Shown: in pieces, positions 45,526-53,797 of the stretch | Numbering within the stretch: the first letter of the stretch is position 1 | Layout: the number at the start of each line of letters is the position of its first letter | Assembly (NCBI GenBank): GCA_016432645.1 | Contig: CP066698.1 | Span: 453,062-517,061, forward strand | Source of the DNA: Candidatus Falkowbacteria bacterium | Lineage (GTDB): Bacteria; Patescibacteriota; Patescibacteriia; Patescibacteriales; UBA12465 | Length of the DNA stretch: 64,000 bases | Reading direction: 5' to 3' | Notes under the pieces: generated by a model | What the model saw: only the letters and a program-made list of their open reading frames with translations | What the model was told of the DNA's origin: nothing | Database searches by the model: none | Translations under genes and position numbers: made by a program

Positions 45526-47265
45526 ATGGAAAAATTAGAAACCAAGCGCCATTCGCTTTCCCACATTATGGCCGCCGCCATCAAAGAATTTTGGCCGCAA
45601 GCAAATTTAGCTATCGGGCCAGCTATTGATAACGGCTTTTACTATGATATTGATTTTGGCGAGACTAAAATCTTAGAAGCGGATTTAAAAAACATTGAAA
45701 AAAAGATGGCTCATCTTCTAAAACAAAATTTGAAATTTGAACGCGCGGAAATGGAAATCGGCGCCGCTTTAAAAGCCGCCCAAACAGAAGCTAACCCCTA
45801 CAAGACCGAATTAATCAGCGACTTAATGAAGGGCGGCGAAACCAGCGTCAGTTTTTATACGGTCGGCAAATTCACCGATTTGTGCCGCGGACCGCACGTC
45901 GAATCAACCAAAGAAATAAAACCGGGCAGCTTCAAGCTTCACAAATTGGCCGGTGCTTACTGGCGCGGCGATGAAAAAAATAAAATGCTTACTCGGATTT
46001 ACGGCTTAGCCTTTGATACTAAAGAAGAATTGGATGAATATTTAAGAATTATGGCCGAAGCCGAAAAAAGAGACCACCGCAAAATCGGCAAAGAACAGGA
46101 TTTAATTATGATCCATGAATGGGCTCCGGGGACGCCGTTCTTTTTGCCTAAAGGTTTTGTGATGCTGCAGGAATTATTAAAAGTAGCTCGCGAATTTTCT
46201 TATGGCGAGGGCTATCAAGAAGTTCGTACACCGCAGCTTTTAAATGCTGAACTCTGGAAAACTTCCGGACACTGGGATCATTACCAAGAAGATATGTTTA
46301 TCCTCCACCACGCCGAAGATAATTGCGATATGGGAGTCAAACCAATGAATTGCCCGGCGCACATGCTAGTCTTCAAGCGCGACATCCATTCCTATCGCGA
46401 CTTGCCTTTGCGCCTAGCCGAAACCACAACCCTATACCGAAACGAAAAATCCGGCACTCTGCATGGATTAACCCGCGTCCGCAGCTTATCCCAAGATGAT
46501 AGCCATATTTTCTGCCGCGAAGAGCAAATTTTAGGGGAAATCGCCCTCTTGCTTGATAAGATAAAAGCAATCTATAAAATTTTCAATCTGCAAATTGATG
46601 AAATTCATCTTTCAACCCGTCCGGAAAAATTCTTGGGCGAAAAAAGCGTTTGGGACGAAGCCGAGGCTAATTTAAAAAAGGCTTTAGAGGCCGCCGATTT
46701 AGCTTATAAAATAAACGAGGGCGACGGCGCTTTTTACGGACCAAAAATTGACGTTAAAGTTAAAGATGCTATCGGCCGCCAGTGGCAGCTGGCCACTATT
46801 CAACTGGATTTCCAATTGCCGCAACGTTTTGATTTGCATTACACTGAAACTGATGGCTCTCAAAAAACACCAGTGGTTATTCATCGCGCCTTGCTCGGCT
46901 CGCTGGAAAGATTCATGGGCGTAATCATTGAGCATTATAGCGGCCTCTTCCCTCTCTGGTTCTCACCGGTCCAAATAAAAATAGTGTCCGTCGCGGAAAC
47001 GCATATCCCGGCCTGCCAAAAATTAGCTGAAGAATTTAGAGCCAACGGCCTGCGCGTGGAAATAGATGATTCCAATGAAACTGTCGGCAATAAAATCCGC
47101 AAGGCGGTTGGTGAAAAAATACCGCACATGCTGGTTATCGGCGACAAAGAAGCCGCTGCTCCGGTTTTAAGCGTCCGCGACCGCGGCCAGCAAGAGACCC
47201 GCGAGATTGCCAAAGACGCTTTTATTGCCGAATTATTGAAAAAGATAAAGGAATATTCCAACTAG
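45526..47265 (+). CDS. thrS: Threonyl-tRNA synthetase (no N-terminal TGS domain)
   Basis: Start set to MEKLETKRHSLSHIMAAAIKEFWP (ATG 45526), which aligns with the start of the ThrRS editing (N2) domain. Class II motifs and the anticodon-binding domain are present. The upstream track start lies inside the T-box terminator. Confidence 0.9.
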   Translation: MEKLETKRHSLSHIMAAAIKEFWPQANLAIGPAIDNGFYYDIDFGETKILEADLKNIEKKMAHLLKQNLKFERAEMEIGAALKAAQTEANPYKTELISDLMKGGETSVSFYTVGKFTDLCRGPHVESTKEIKPGSFKLHKLAGAYWRGDEKNKMLTRIYGLAFDTKEELDEYLRIMAEAEKRDHRKIGKEQDLIMIHEWAPGTPFFLPKGFVMLQELLKVAREFSYGEGYQEVRTPQLLNAELWKTSGHWDHYQEDMFILHHAEDNCDMGVKPMNCPAHMLVFKRDIHSYRDLPLRLAETTTLYRNEKSGTLHGLTRVRSLSQDDSHIFCREEQILGEIALLLDKIKAIYKIFNLQIDEIHLSTRPEKFLGEKSVWDEAEANLKKALEAADLAYKINEGDGAFYGPKIDVKVKDAIGRQWQLATIQLDFQLPQRFDLHYTETDGSQKTPVVIHRALLGSLERFMGVIIEHYSGLFPLWFSPVQIKIVSVAETHIPACQKLAEEFRANGLRVEIDDSNETVGNKIRKAVGEKIPHMLVIGDKEAAAPVLSVRDRGQQETREIAKDAFIAELLKKIKEYSN

Positions 47266-47306
47266 CCAGCACCCCCAGGGGAGGTATTCCAGGTTTTAAA
47301 ATTTTA

Positions 47307-47315
47307 TGTTATTAT
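47307..47315 (+). promoter_or_regulatory. Extended -10-like TGTTATTAT
   Basis: 30 nt upstream of the ATG at 47345. Confidence 0.35.
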
Positions 47316-47344
47316 ATCCTTACTAATAACTTAAGCGAAAAACC

Positions 47345-47713
47345 ATGAAAATAAAAAAATACGCGCCCGCGATTATCCTCGCGTTAGGCGTAGTGGCCCT
47401 ACTGACAATCATGAGCCTTAGCCGGCAAAATCAAAACCTTGAACCCGGTGACGAGAAAATTCTGTTTTATGGCGACACCTGCCCCCATTGCAAAAACGTT
47501 GAAGAGTTTATGAGCACTAACGGAACGAAAGCTAAATTAAGTTTTCTAGAACTAGAGGTCTACCGAAACCAAAGCAACGCTCAGTTGTTGGTGGCAACCG
47601 CTAAAAAATGCGGGCTGGATACCAGCGCCGGCGTCGGCGTCCCTCTTTTTTTTGACGGGGAAAAATGTTTATTGGGCGATCAAGATATAATTAATTATTT
47701 TAAGCAGCTATGA
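47345..47713 (+). CDS. Membrane-anchored thioredoxin/glutaredoxin-fold protein (CPHC)
   Basis: TM anchor plus FYGDTCPHCKNVEEF and ..VGVPLFF.. (cis-Pro region). Confidence 0.7.
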   Translation: MKIKKYAPAIILALGVVALLTIMSLSRQNQNLEPGDEKILFYGDTCPHCKNVEEFMSTNGTKAKLSFLELEVYRNQSNAQLLVATAKKCGLDTSAGVGVPLFFDGEKCLLGDQDIINYFKQL

Positions 47714-48231
47714 AATTAAAAAGACTAAGTTTAATTGGAGCAGGCGCGGCTATTTTTAGTTTAAGCGCCTTGCCGGCCAAAGCCGTGTGTCCGGTGTGCG
47801 TGGTAGCTGTCGGAGCCGGCTTGGGACTTTCGCAATATTTAGGAATCGATGACAGTATTTCCGGAGTTTGGATTGGAGGCTTGACCGCGGCTGTCGCCGC
47901 TTGGACCATAAACTGGTTCAATAAAAAAAAGTGGAATTTCGGCAATAAAACCGGACGCGACATAATCACTGTCATCGCTTATTATTTGATGGTTTTCTGG
48001 CCGCTGTTAAATCAAGACTTAATCGGCCATCCAAGCAATAAACTTTTTGGGATTGATAAGCTCGCCCTGGGAGCAGCTTTCGGCAGCTTAGCCTTCACTG
48101 GCTTCAGTCTGTGGTATGAAAATCTGAAGAAAAAAAATAACGGCCATGCCTATTTCCCTTTTCAAAAAGTAGTGATGCCTTTCAGCTCGCTGGCTATTCT
48201 AAGCATTATTTTTTATTTTCTGACAAAATAA
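47710..48231 (+). CDS. Polytopic membrane protein with a CPVC motif, translationally coupled to the CPHC thioredoxin
   Basis: ATGA overlap at 47710-47713. About 4-5 hydrophobic segments, with AVCPVCVVAVGAG at the first one. Confidence 0.55.
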   Translation: MKLKRLSLIGAGAAIFSLSALPAKAVCPVCVVAVGAGLGLSQYLGIDDSISGVWIGGLTAAVAAWTINWFNKKKWNFGNKTGRDIITVIAYYLMVFWPLLNQDLIGHPSNKLFGIDKLALGAAFGSLAFTGFSLWYENLKKKNNGHAYFPFQKVVMPFSSLAILSIIFYFLTK

Positions 48232-48241
48232 CTTAAAATAT

Positions 48242-48760
48242 ATGAGTAACATTTTAGAATTACATGAATTAGTGGAAAAAGTGGACCAGATGAAAAAAGA
48301 CAATGCTCTGGATTTGTCTTCTGATCAAGACTTATCAATTGCGATTATGAATCTAGTAAGCATTGAAGAACACTTTTTCTTCACGGGCGCCAAAACCGGC
48401 AATCCCAAATATTATGATTTGCTAACAGAGGTCCGAGAAATGCGCAAGCAGCTCTTAAAAAGAATTATTAAAGAATACGAAGGTGAAGTTTGGTGCATCT
48501 CTAAGCACTTACTCGCTGCCTCCTATCGCTTAATGGAAGTTGGCACTAAAGCTCAGGGTAAAGGCGACAAAAAAGATGCCGAGGAAATGTTTCAAAAAGC
48601 TTATGATTTATATTCCCTGTTCTGGGGCTTAAATATGAAGCTCATTGATATTGGCGAAGTTAAAAAAATAGATGATGATGATTTAAACATCAAGAAAAAA
48701 GGCGTTGTCGGCAAGCTAGGCGCCTTAGTTAAAAAGGTGGTTGATTGTTGTATAGAATAA
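48242..48760 (+). CDS. Hypothetical soluble protein ending in CCIE
   Basis: 172-aa ORF, third gene of the plus-strand unit. No recognised domain. Confidence 0.45.
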   Translation: MSNILELHELVEKVDQMKKDNALDLSSDQDLSIAIMNLVSIEEHFFFTGAKTGNPKYYDLLTEVREMRKQLLKRIIKEYEGEVWCISKHLLAASYRLMEVGTKAQGKGDKKDAEEMFQKAYDLYSLFWGLNMKLIDIGEVKKIDDDDLNIKKKGVVGKLGALVKKVVDCCIE

Positions 48761-48782
48761 ATTAAAAAATAGGCAAGAAAAA

Positions 48783-48806
48783 AACCGCTCCCTGGGGGCG
48801 GTTTTT
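48783..48806. terminator. Bidirectional terminator between convergent genes
   Basis: aaaaaaaccgctccctgggggcggtttttt: a GC stem flanked by an A-run and a T-run. Confidence 0.7.
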
Positions 48807-48844
48807 TAAAAAAATCTTTTGTAACATTTAAGCGCTTGGGAGCT

Positions 48845-49531
48845 TTAATTGGCAACCAAAATTTTTTCTAATTTTGAACTGCCATGCTTGCGGGCGGCAG
48901 TTTCGCCATCAACCAGAATGAAGACGTGAAAATCATTGCCTTCTTCCAGGTCAGTCTTATCAACCAAAGAAACAATGGTTGCCGGCCCATAAACTGTGGT
49001 TAAACGTTTCTGTCCTGTCCACGGCTCGCGTACAATTCGGTTTCCATTTCCCACCGGGAAAGAAACCTGACCAAACTCGTCTTCCCAAACAATAGCCTGA
49101 AAATTCTCTTGCCAAAAGGCTTCATCGCCTAAGGTCTTTTTTTTCATCAGCAGCTCCTTCACTTTCTCTTGCTCTTCGTTTTCAGAATTTAATTTCTGCA
49201 AAATCTTAGGCGGCGGCAATAAATCGGCCGGCAGAGAGAGTAAAAGCGCTCTTGCTTGATCTGCTAATAAGGGACGAACCTTTATCACTCCAAAAAAAAG
49301 ATGTAGTTCTTTAACAGCCTTCTTGGGTAAATACCCTAAAGCCAAACCGCGCCAGTCTTCGGAATGCAAATCAGATGTCCGGCCATTAGTGGCAGCACGC
49401 AGCCAATCTTCAAAATTAGAAAGTGCCGGCCCCGTACCGGCAGCTTTCTTTTTTTCCGATGTTAAAGCCGCACTGTCTTTTTGGCTGGAGTTAGAACCCA
49501 ACAAATTTCTTAAAAAGGATTGCTTTGTCAT
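48845..49531 (-). CDS. Hypothetical protein
   Basis: ORF with start moved to the ATG at 49531 (MTKQSFLRNLLG); the track start is a TTG. No recognised domain. Confidence 0.45.
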   Translation of the reverse strand: MTKQSFLRNLLGSNSSQKDSAALTSEKKKAAGTGPALSNFEDWLRAATNGRTSDLHSEDWRGLALGYLPKKAVKELHLFFGVIKVRPLLADQARALLLSLPADLLPPPKILQKLNSENEEQEKVKELLMKKKTLGDEAFWQENFQAIVWEDEFGQVSFPVGNGNRIVREPWTGQKRLTTVYGPATIVSLVDKTDLEEGNDFHVFILVDGETAARKHGSSKLEKILVAN

Positions 49532-49583
49532 AAGTAAAAAATTTGGTGAAACAAAAAATTTAAAATTTAAAAAGGACAATTAA

Positions 49584-49612
49584 AACGCCCTAACTAAAAA
49601 ATTAGAGCGTAT
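49584..49612 (-). terminator. Hairpin plus U-run downstream of the xylF-like gene
   Basis: The minus strand reads ACGCTCTAA-TTTTTTAG-TTAGGGCGT followed by TTTTAATT. Confidence 0.5.
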
Positions 49613-49681
49613 TTTATGTCAGTATTAAATCACTAAAATGGAGCTTTGTCAATATTAAATATCCTGTTGGAAATATCTCTT

Positions 49682-50728
49682 TTATTTAGCCGGGGTTTGA
49701 TAAATTTCATTATAAGTATGGAAGCCATCCTTAATCACGGTATCATTCAAATTATTTTGCGTAACCGCGATTGGCTCCAAGAAATAAGACGGTACTTGAA
49801 TTTTGCCGTTATCCGTAAAAGTAACCGTTTCTGGATTCAGGCCGCGAGCTAAAGCAACCGCCAGCTCAGCCGCCTTATTAGCCAAATCAGTTATCGGCTT
49901 ATAAACGGTGCAAGTTTGCGTACCAGCGACTATTCGCTGCAAGGCAGACAATTCGGCATCTTGGCCAGAAACCGGAATTTTTCCGTCTAAATTAAATTCC
50001 GCTAGCGCCCTAATAACACCGGAGGCCGTGCCGTCATTAGAGGCAATGACGGCGTCAAGCTTCTTACCGGACTTTAAATAATTTTTAATGGTCTTATAAG
50101 CTTCTTCAGGATCCCAATTAGGAGTTGGTTCGTCAATCACTAAATCAATATCGCCGCTTTCAATTTTATCAGCCAAAACTTTCATAGAACCATCTTTCAA
50201 TAAAACTGAATTATTATCATCAGGCGAACCGCCGATATAAGCAAAATGTCCTTTATCAACTACATCTAAAATATTTTGCGCCTCCATCTGTCCAACCTTA
50301 ACATTATCAAAGGAAATATAAAGGTCGAGATTACTATCCTTGATTAAACGATCATAGGCAATTATTTTTACACCTGCAGCTTTAGCGGCCTCCACGGCTG
50401 GAGCAATTTTTTGAGAGTCAGACGGGATGACTACAATTACATCAACTCCCTGTTTTACTAAACCTTCTATTTGGGAAATTTGTTTATCAACATCATAATC
50501 AGAAAGGGTGACGCTAACCAGCGCGCCCAATTCTTGAGCCTTTTTAACAAACAAATCGCGATCCGTAAACCAGCGTTCTTCCCGTGTCGTCCCCATAGAA
50601 AAACCGATAACAATCGGCTTGGCTTCTTGGGTGAATACTGAACTATTTTTTAGTAAGTTGCTGATTAGATAAATTGTTCCCGAAATAATAATCAACAAAG
50701 CAATCGAAAAAATAATTTTATTTTTCAT
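49682..50728 (-). CDS. xylF: D-xylose-type ABC transporter substrate-binding protein (XylF-like), orphan
   Basis: Collinear with E. coli XylF as recalled (..ERW..DRD.FVKKA..LGA.V..; YISFDN.KVG; ASNDGTA.G.I.AL; ISGQDA.L....I..GTQT.TVYKPI..LA..AAE.AV; KDTVIKDGFH). It has an N-terminal TM anchor. No permease or ATPase gene is adjacent. Confidence 0.8.
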   Translation of the reverse strand: MKNKIIFSIALLIIISGTIYLISNLLKNSSVFTQEAKPIVIGFSMGTTREERWFTDRDLFVKKAQELGALVSVTLSDYDVDKQISQIEGLVKQGVDVIVVIPSDSQKIAPAVEAAKAAGVKIIAYDRLIKDSNLDLYISFDNVKVGQMEAQNILDVVDKGHFAYIGGSPDDNNSVLLKDGSMKVLADKIESGDIDLVIDEPTPNWDPEEAYKTIKNYLKSGKKLDAVIASNDGTASGVIRALAEFNLDGKIPVSGQDAELSALQRIVAGTQTCTVYKPITDLANKAAELAVALARGLNPETVTFTDNGKIQVPSYFLEPIAVTQNNLNDTVIKDGFHTYNEIYQTPAK

Positions 50729-50765
50729 ATTATTGCTAAAATTAATACAAACTTAGCTGATATTA

Positions 50766-50774
50766 ATTATAACA
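50766..50774 (-). promoter_or_regulatory. Extended -10 TGTTATAAT upstream of the xylF-like gene
   Basis: Reverse complement of 50766-50774, 38 nt before the ATG at 50728 and after the terminator at 50803-50826. Confidence 0.5.
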
Positions 50775-50802
50775 TAGTTACTAATTATAATATACGACCT
50801 TT

Positions 50803-50826
50803 AAAAAATAGCCCCTATTCAGGGCT
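50803..50826 (-). terminator. Rho-independent terminator of the ATPase unit (near-copy of the tRNA-Ser terminator)
   Basis: agccc-ctattca-gggct with a T-run on the minus strand. The flanks are identical to 733-768 (aaaaaatagccc...agggctatttacaatctgcgg). Confidence 0.65.
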
Positions 50827-50928
50827 ATTTACAATCTGCGGGGAGTCCGGGACTATATCCGAACTGAAATGAGAGAAAAAGGCAACAAATATTAACAATT
50901 ATGTTGCTCTTCCCGACATTACCCAATG

Positions 50929-52860
50929 TTATTTAAATCTATATAAACTCAAACCATTAACTACAACGATTACGGTCACGCCAACGTCAGCAAATATCGC
51001 TAATGATAAATTACTTATTCCCATGACTGCTAATATCAAAAAGATCGATTTCGTCCCAAGGGCAAAATAAGTGTTAAATTTAATTTTAGTTACCGTTTTT
51101 TTACTTAATTTAATTATATAAGGAATTAATTTAAGATCGTCATTCATTAAAGCAATATCAGCAGTTTCAATTGCAATATCAGAACCAAGAGAACCCATGG
51201 CAATACCGACACTAGCTCCAGCTAAAGAGGGCGCATCATTTACGCCATCGCCAACCATGGCTACTTTTATATTATTTTTTGATTTATTAATGATGAGCTC
51301 CGCCTTATCTTCTGGCAACTTTCCTGAATGTATTTCTGATATACCAAGAGAATCTGAAACATACTGAGCGGCTCCGTCATTATCCCCTGTTATCATAAAA
51401 CATTTTATTTTTTGTTCCTTCAACTCTTTTATCACTTGTTTACTTTCATCCTTTATTCTATCAGACAAGGCTATTAGTCCTTTTATAGCTTTTTCATCAC
51501 CCAAAAACACAACTGTCTTACCTTCTTTTTCCAGTCTTTCTTTTTCTCTTGTCATGAGTTCGTTTAACTCCATTTTGCCAATTTGATTATCAATCAAATT
51601 TATTTTACCTAAACAATGTTTTACATCCGTACAAACTAAACATTCACCAACGATGCCTTGCCCTTGAACTGATTGAAAATTCTTGAAACCGTGCATATTT
51701 AATGCATCTTTTTTAGCTTTTTCAACAATTCCTTGCGACAAAGGATGTTCAGAATATCTACTTAAACCAGCCGAGCAACTTAAAACTTCTTCTTTGGTGA
51801 AACCATTAAATGGGATGATGTCCGTAACTTCTGGCTTACCGATTGTTAGTGTCTTGGTTTTGTCAAAACCAATCTCGGTAATATATGCCAAGTCTTCGAT
51901 AGCTTTACCGCCTTTAACTAAAATTCCTTTTTGGCTGGCATTACCGATTGCGGAAAAAACTGAAATAGGAGTAGAGATTACTAAAGCACAGGGGCAAGAT
52001 ATTAAAAGAATGGTTAACGATTGAACTAACCAAAAAGCCACAGACCCATTAAAAAATAAAACCGGAATAATAAATAAAATGACTGCAAAGGCAGTAACGG
52101 CTGGCGTATAATAACGGGCGAATTTTTCTATGAACTTTTGTGAATCCGCCTTTCTCTTTAAAGAATTTTCAGTTAACTGCACAATTTTATTTAAAGTTGA
52201 ATTCTTAGATTCTTTTAAAACTTTAACTTCTAAATATCCGCCACTGTTAATTGAGCCAGCATATATTTTATCACCAATACTTTTGCTTTTTGGTAACGGC
52301 TCTCCAGTAATTGTTGATTCGTCAACCAGACTATCCCCGTAAACCACCTCGCCATCTAAGCCAACCTGATCTCCAGGTCTAATAATTATAACTTCCCCAA
52401 TTGTTACTTGATCGATGCTTACTATTCTATTTTCAGATTTAAGTTCGGCTGTTTTAGGAAAATTGTTAATCAATTTTTCTAAAGCCTTCCGGCTTCGTTC
52501 TAAACCATATTCCTCAAGAGCTTCACCTAAACTAAACAACACCACGATGATAGCCGCCTCTTCATATTTTTGCAAAAATATAGCTCCAATAATAGCAATA
52601 GTCATCAGCAGATTTATATCAGAAAAATTCAATTTAAGCAGACTTTTAAAACCGCTAATAATGGTCGTTTTGCCAAAAATAAGAATAATGCTAATAAAAA
52701 ATGGCAGCTTAATCCACAACACTAAGTCAATTGAAAAAAGCGACAGGATTTCAAGCGGGACAACAAATAATAACGCTATTACTAGCCACCAAATTTTATT
52801 GGTTTTTGTTTTAGGTTCACTTTTTTTTGAGTTAGCGCAACAATCATTACAACTACCCAT
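50929..52860 (-). CDS. P1B-type heavy-metal-translocating ATPase (CPC type) with a DKTKT phosphorylation motif
   Basis: 643 aa with N-terminal CNDCCAN, TGEPLP, SCPCALVISTP, FDKTKTLT (codons GAC AAA ACC AAG ACA), SEHPLS and GDGVNDAP. Confidence 0.85.
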   Translation of the reverse strand: MGSCNDCCANSKKSEPKTKTNKIWWLVIALLFVVPLEILSLFSIDLVLWIKLPFFISIILIFGKTTIISGFKSLLKLNFSDINLLMTIAIIGAIFLQKYEEAAIIVVLFSLGEALEEYGLERSRKALEKLINNFPKTAELKSENRIVSIDQVTIGEVIIIRPGDQVGLDGEVVYGDSLVDESTITGEPLPKSKSIGDKIYAGSINSGGYLEVKVLKESKNSTLNKIVQLTENSLKRKADSQKFIEKFARYYTPAVTAFAVILFIIPVLFFNGSVAFWLVQSLTILLISCPCALVISTPISVFSAIGNASQKGILVKGGKAIEDLAYITEIGFDKTKTLTIGKPEVTDIIPFNGFTKEEVLSCSAGLSRYSEHPLSQGIVEKAKKDALNMHGFKNFQSVQGQGIVGECLVCTDVKHCLGKINLIDNQIGKMELNELMTREKERLEKEGKTVVFLGDEKAIKGLIALSDRIKDESKQVIKELKEQKIKCFMITGDNDGAAQYVSDSLGISEIHSGKLPEDKAELIINKSKNNIKVAMVGDGVNDAPSLAGASVGIAMGSLGSDIAIETADIALMNDDLKLIPYIIKLSKKTVTKIKFNTYFALGTKSIFLILAVMGISNLSLAIFADVGVTVIVVVNGLSLYRFK

Positions 52861-52864
52861 ATAT

Positions 52865-53797
52865 TTAGAATATAATAAATTTATTAAGCATACTTCTATA
52901 TACCCGGTACGGTTTCGGCCCTACCAAGGCCTTGCCATTAATGAAAACCGTGGGAGTGCCGTATAGATGGGTTTTTCTTAATTCGCTAACCTGTCTGCTA
53001 ACAATATCTTTTGTATTCTGATTCTCAACGCAATTATTAACCTTATCAACGTCGAAATCGAAATTCTGCAGTATTGTATTAACGTATTCTTTCTGATAAA
53101 TTTCCACCTTATCTACTGTAAATAAATAATCATTAAAAGCCCAAAACCTGTCTCCGTAATCCTTATAAACACAGTAGCCAATTTCTGATAAAAAATTAGT
53201 GTTTTCTTTAGCTGGATAATGAGCAAAAATATAATTAGTTTTTTTCTCTCTAACTAGCTTCTGAATATCCGAGTATGCCTTTCTAGTGTAATCGCATTCA
53301 TAACAACCAATTAAAACGACCGTGTCTTTTGAGCCAATATTTTTTGTTGGAAAGCTTGATAAATCAACATTTTCTAAGGTTACGTTTTTCTCTGTTTTTT
53401 CTTCAACTCCGCATTGCTGATTAATGTCTGTTACCTTATTATTTTCACCCTTAGGGTCAAAGGCGCAAAATCCAGATTGATTTAATCCATTGCAGCTACC
53501 ATATATATAATAATTATAGCCACCCTTAACTACCCAAAAGGTACTTCCAATCATAAGAATAAAAAATATCCAAGAAAAAATCTCAAAATACTTGTTTGCG
53601 ATTCTGGCAAAAAAAACTGACTTACTCAACAATCTGCCAATAATACGACTTTTTATTTTTTCCTTAAAACCAGTATTACAAGGACGGAACGTAACTCGCC
53701 TAAATACACAATCTAGCGCTTCTTTGGCTAACACCCGATGCGTAGCGCTAAATAGTCCCAAAATAGAAAATACTATTAGTGATATTATGCAAATCAT
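52865..53797 (-). CDS. Membrane-anchored DsbA-like thiol:disulfide oxidoreductase (CYEC)
   Basis: The N-terminal membrane region has Cys pairs. The thioredoxin fold carries VVLIGCYECDYTRKAY and ..YGTPTVFINGK... Confidence 0.65.
   Translation of the reverse strand: MICIISLIVFSILGLFSATHRVLAKEALDCVFRRVTFRPCNTGFKEKIKSRIIGRLLSKSVFFARIANKYFEIFSWIFFILMIGSTFWVVKGGYNYYIYGSCNGLNQSGFCAFDPKGENNKVTDINQQCGVEEKTEKNVTLENVDLSSFPTKNIGSKDTVVLIGCYECDYTRKAYSDIQKLVREKKTNYIFAHYPAKENTNFLSEIGYCVYKDYGDRFWAFNDYLFTVDKVEIYQKEYVNTILQNFDFDVDKVNNCVENQNTKDIVSRQVSELRKTHLYGTPTVFINGKALVGPKPYRVYRSMLNKFIIF

Noticed and set aside
45351-45584. 77-aa minus ORF and the upstream extension of thrS (track start 45475)
   Set aside because: Both overlap the T-box leader and terminator. 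The thrS extension (MLFLLGGDFLLIINFNN) is the translated terminator/U-run. The ATG at 45526 follows the AGGAGG RBS.
49624-49652. Promoter-like TTGACA-17-TTTAAT on the minus strand downstream of the xylF-like gene
   Set aside because: It lies upstream of the hairpin/U-run that I assign as the xylF terminator, so the two calls conflict. Without TSS data I cannot decide between a promoter-plus-attenuator and a chance match in AT-rich DNA.
50838-50928. Possible second tRNA or tRNA remnant sharing the tRNA-Ser 3' trailer
   Set aside because: I tried to fold the minus-strand sequence as a cloverleaf. There is no acceptor pairing partner for ..CTCCCCG, no GTTCRANYC T-loop, and the anticodon arm cannot be formed. 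I treated it as a structured 3' UTR instead.
52415-52966. 183-aa plus ORF antisense to the ATPase/DsbA-like junction
   Set aside because: It is a shadow ORF in AT-rich DNA opposite two supported genes.
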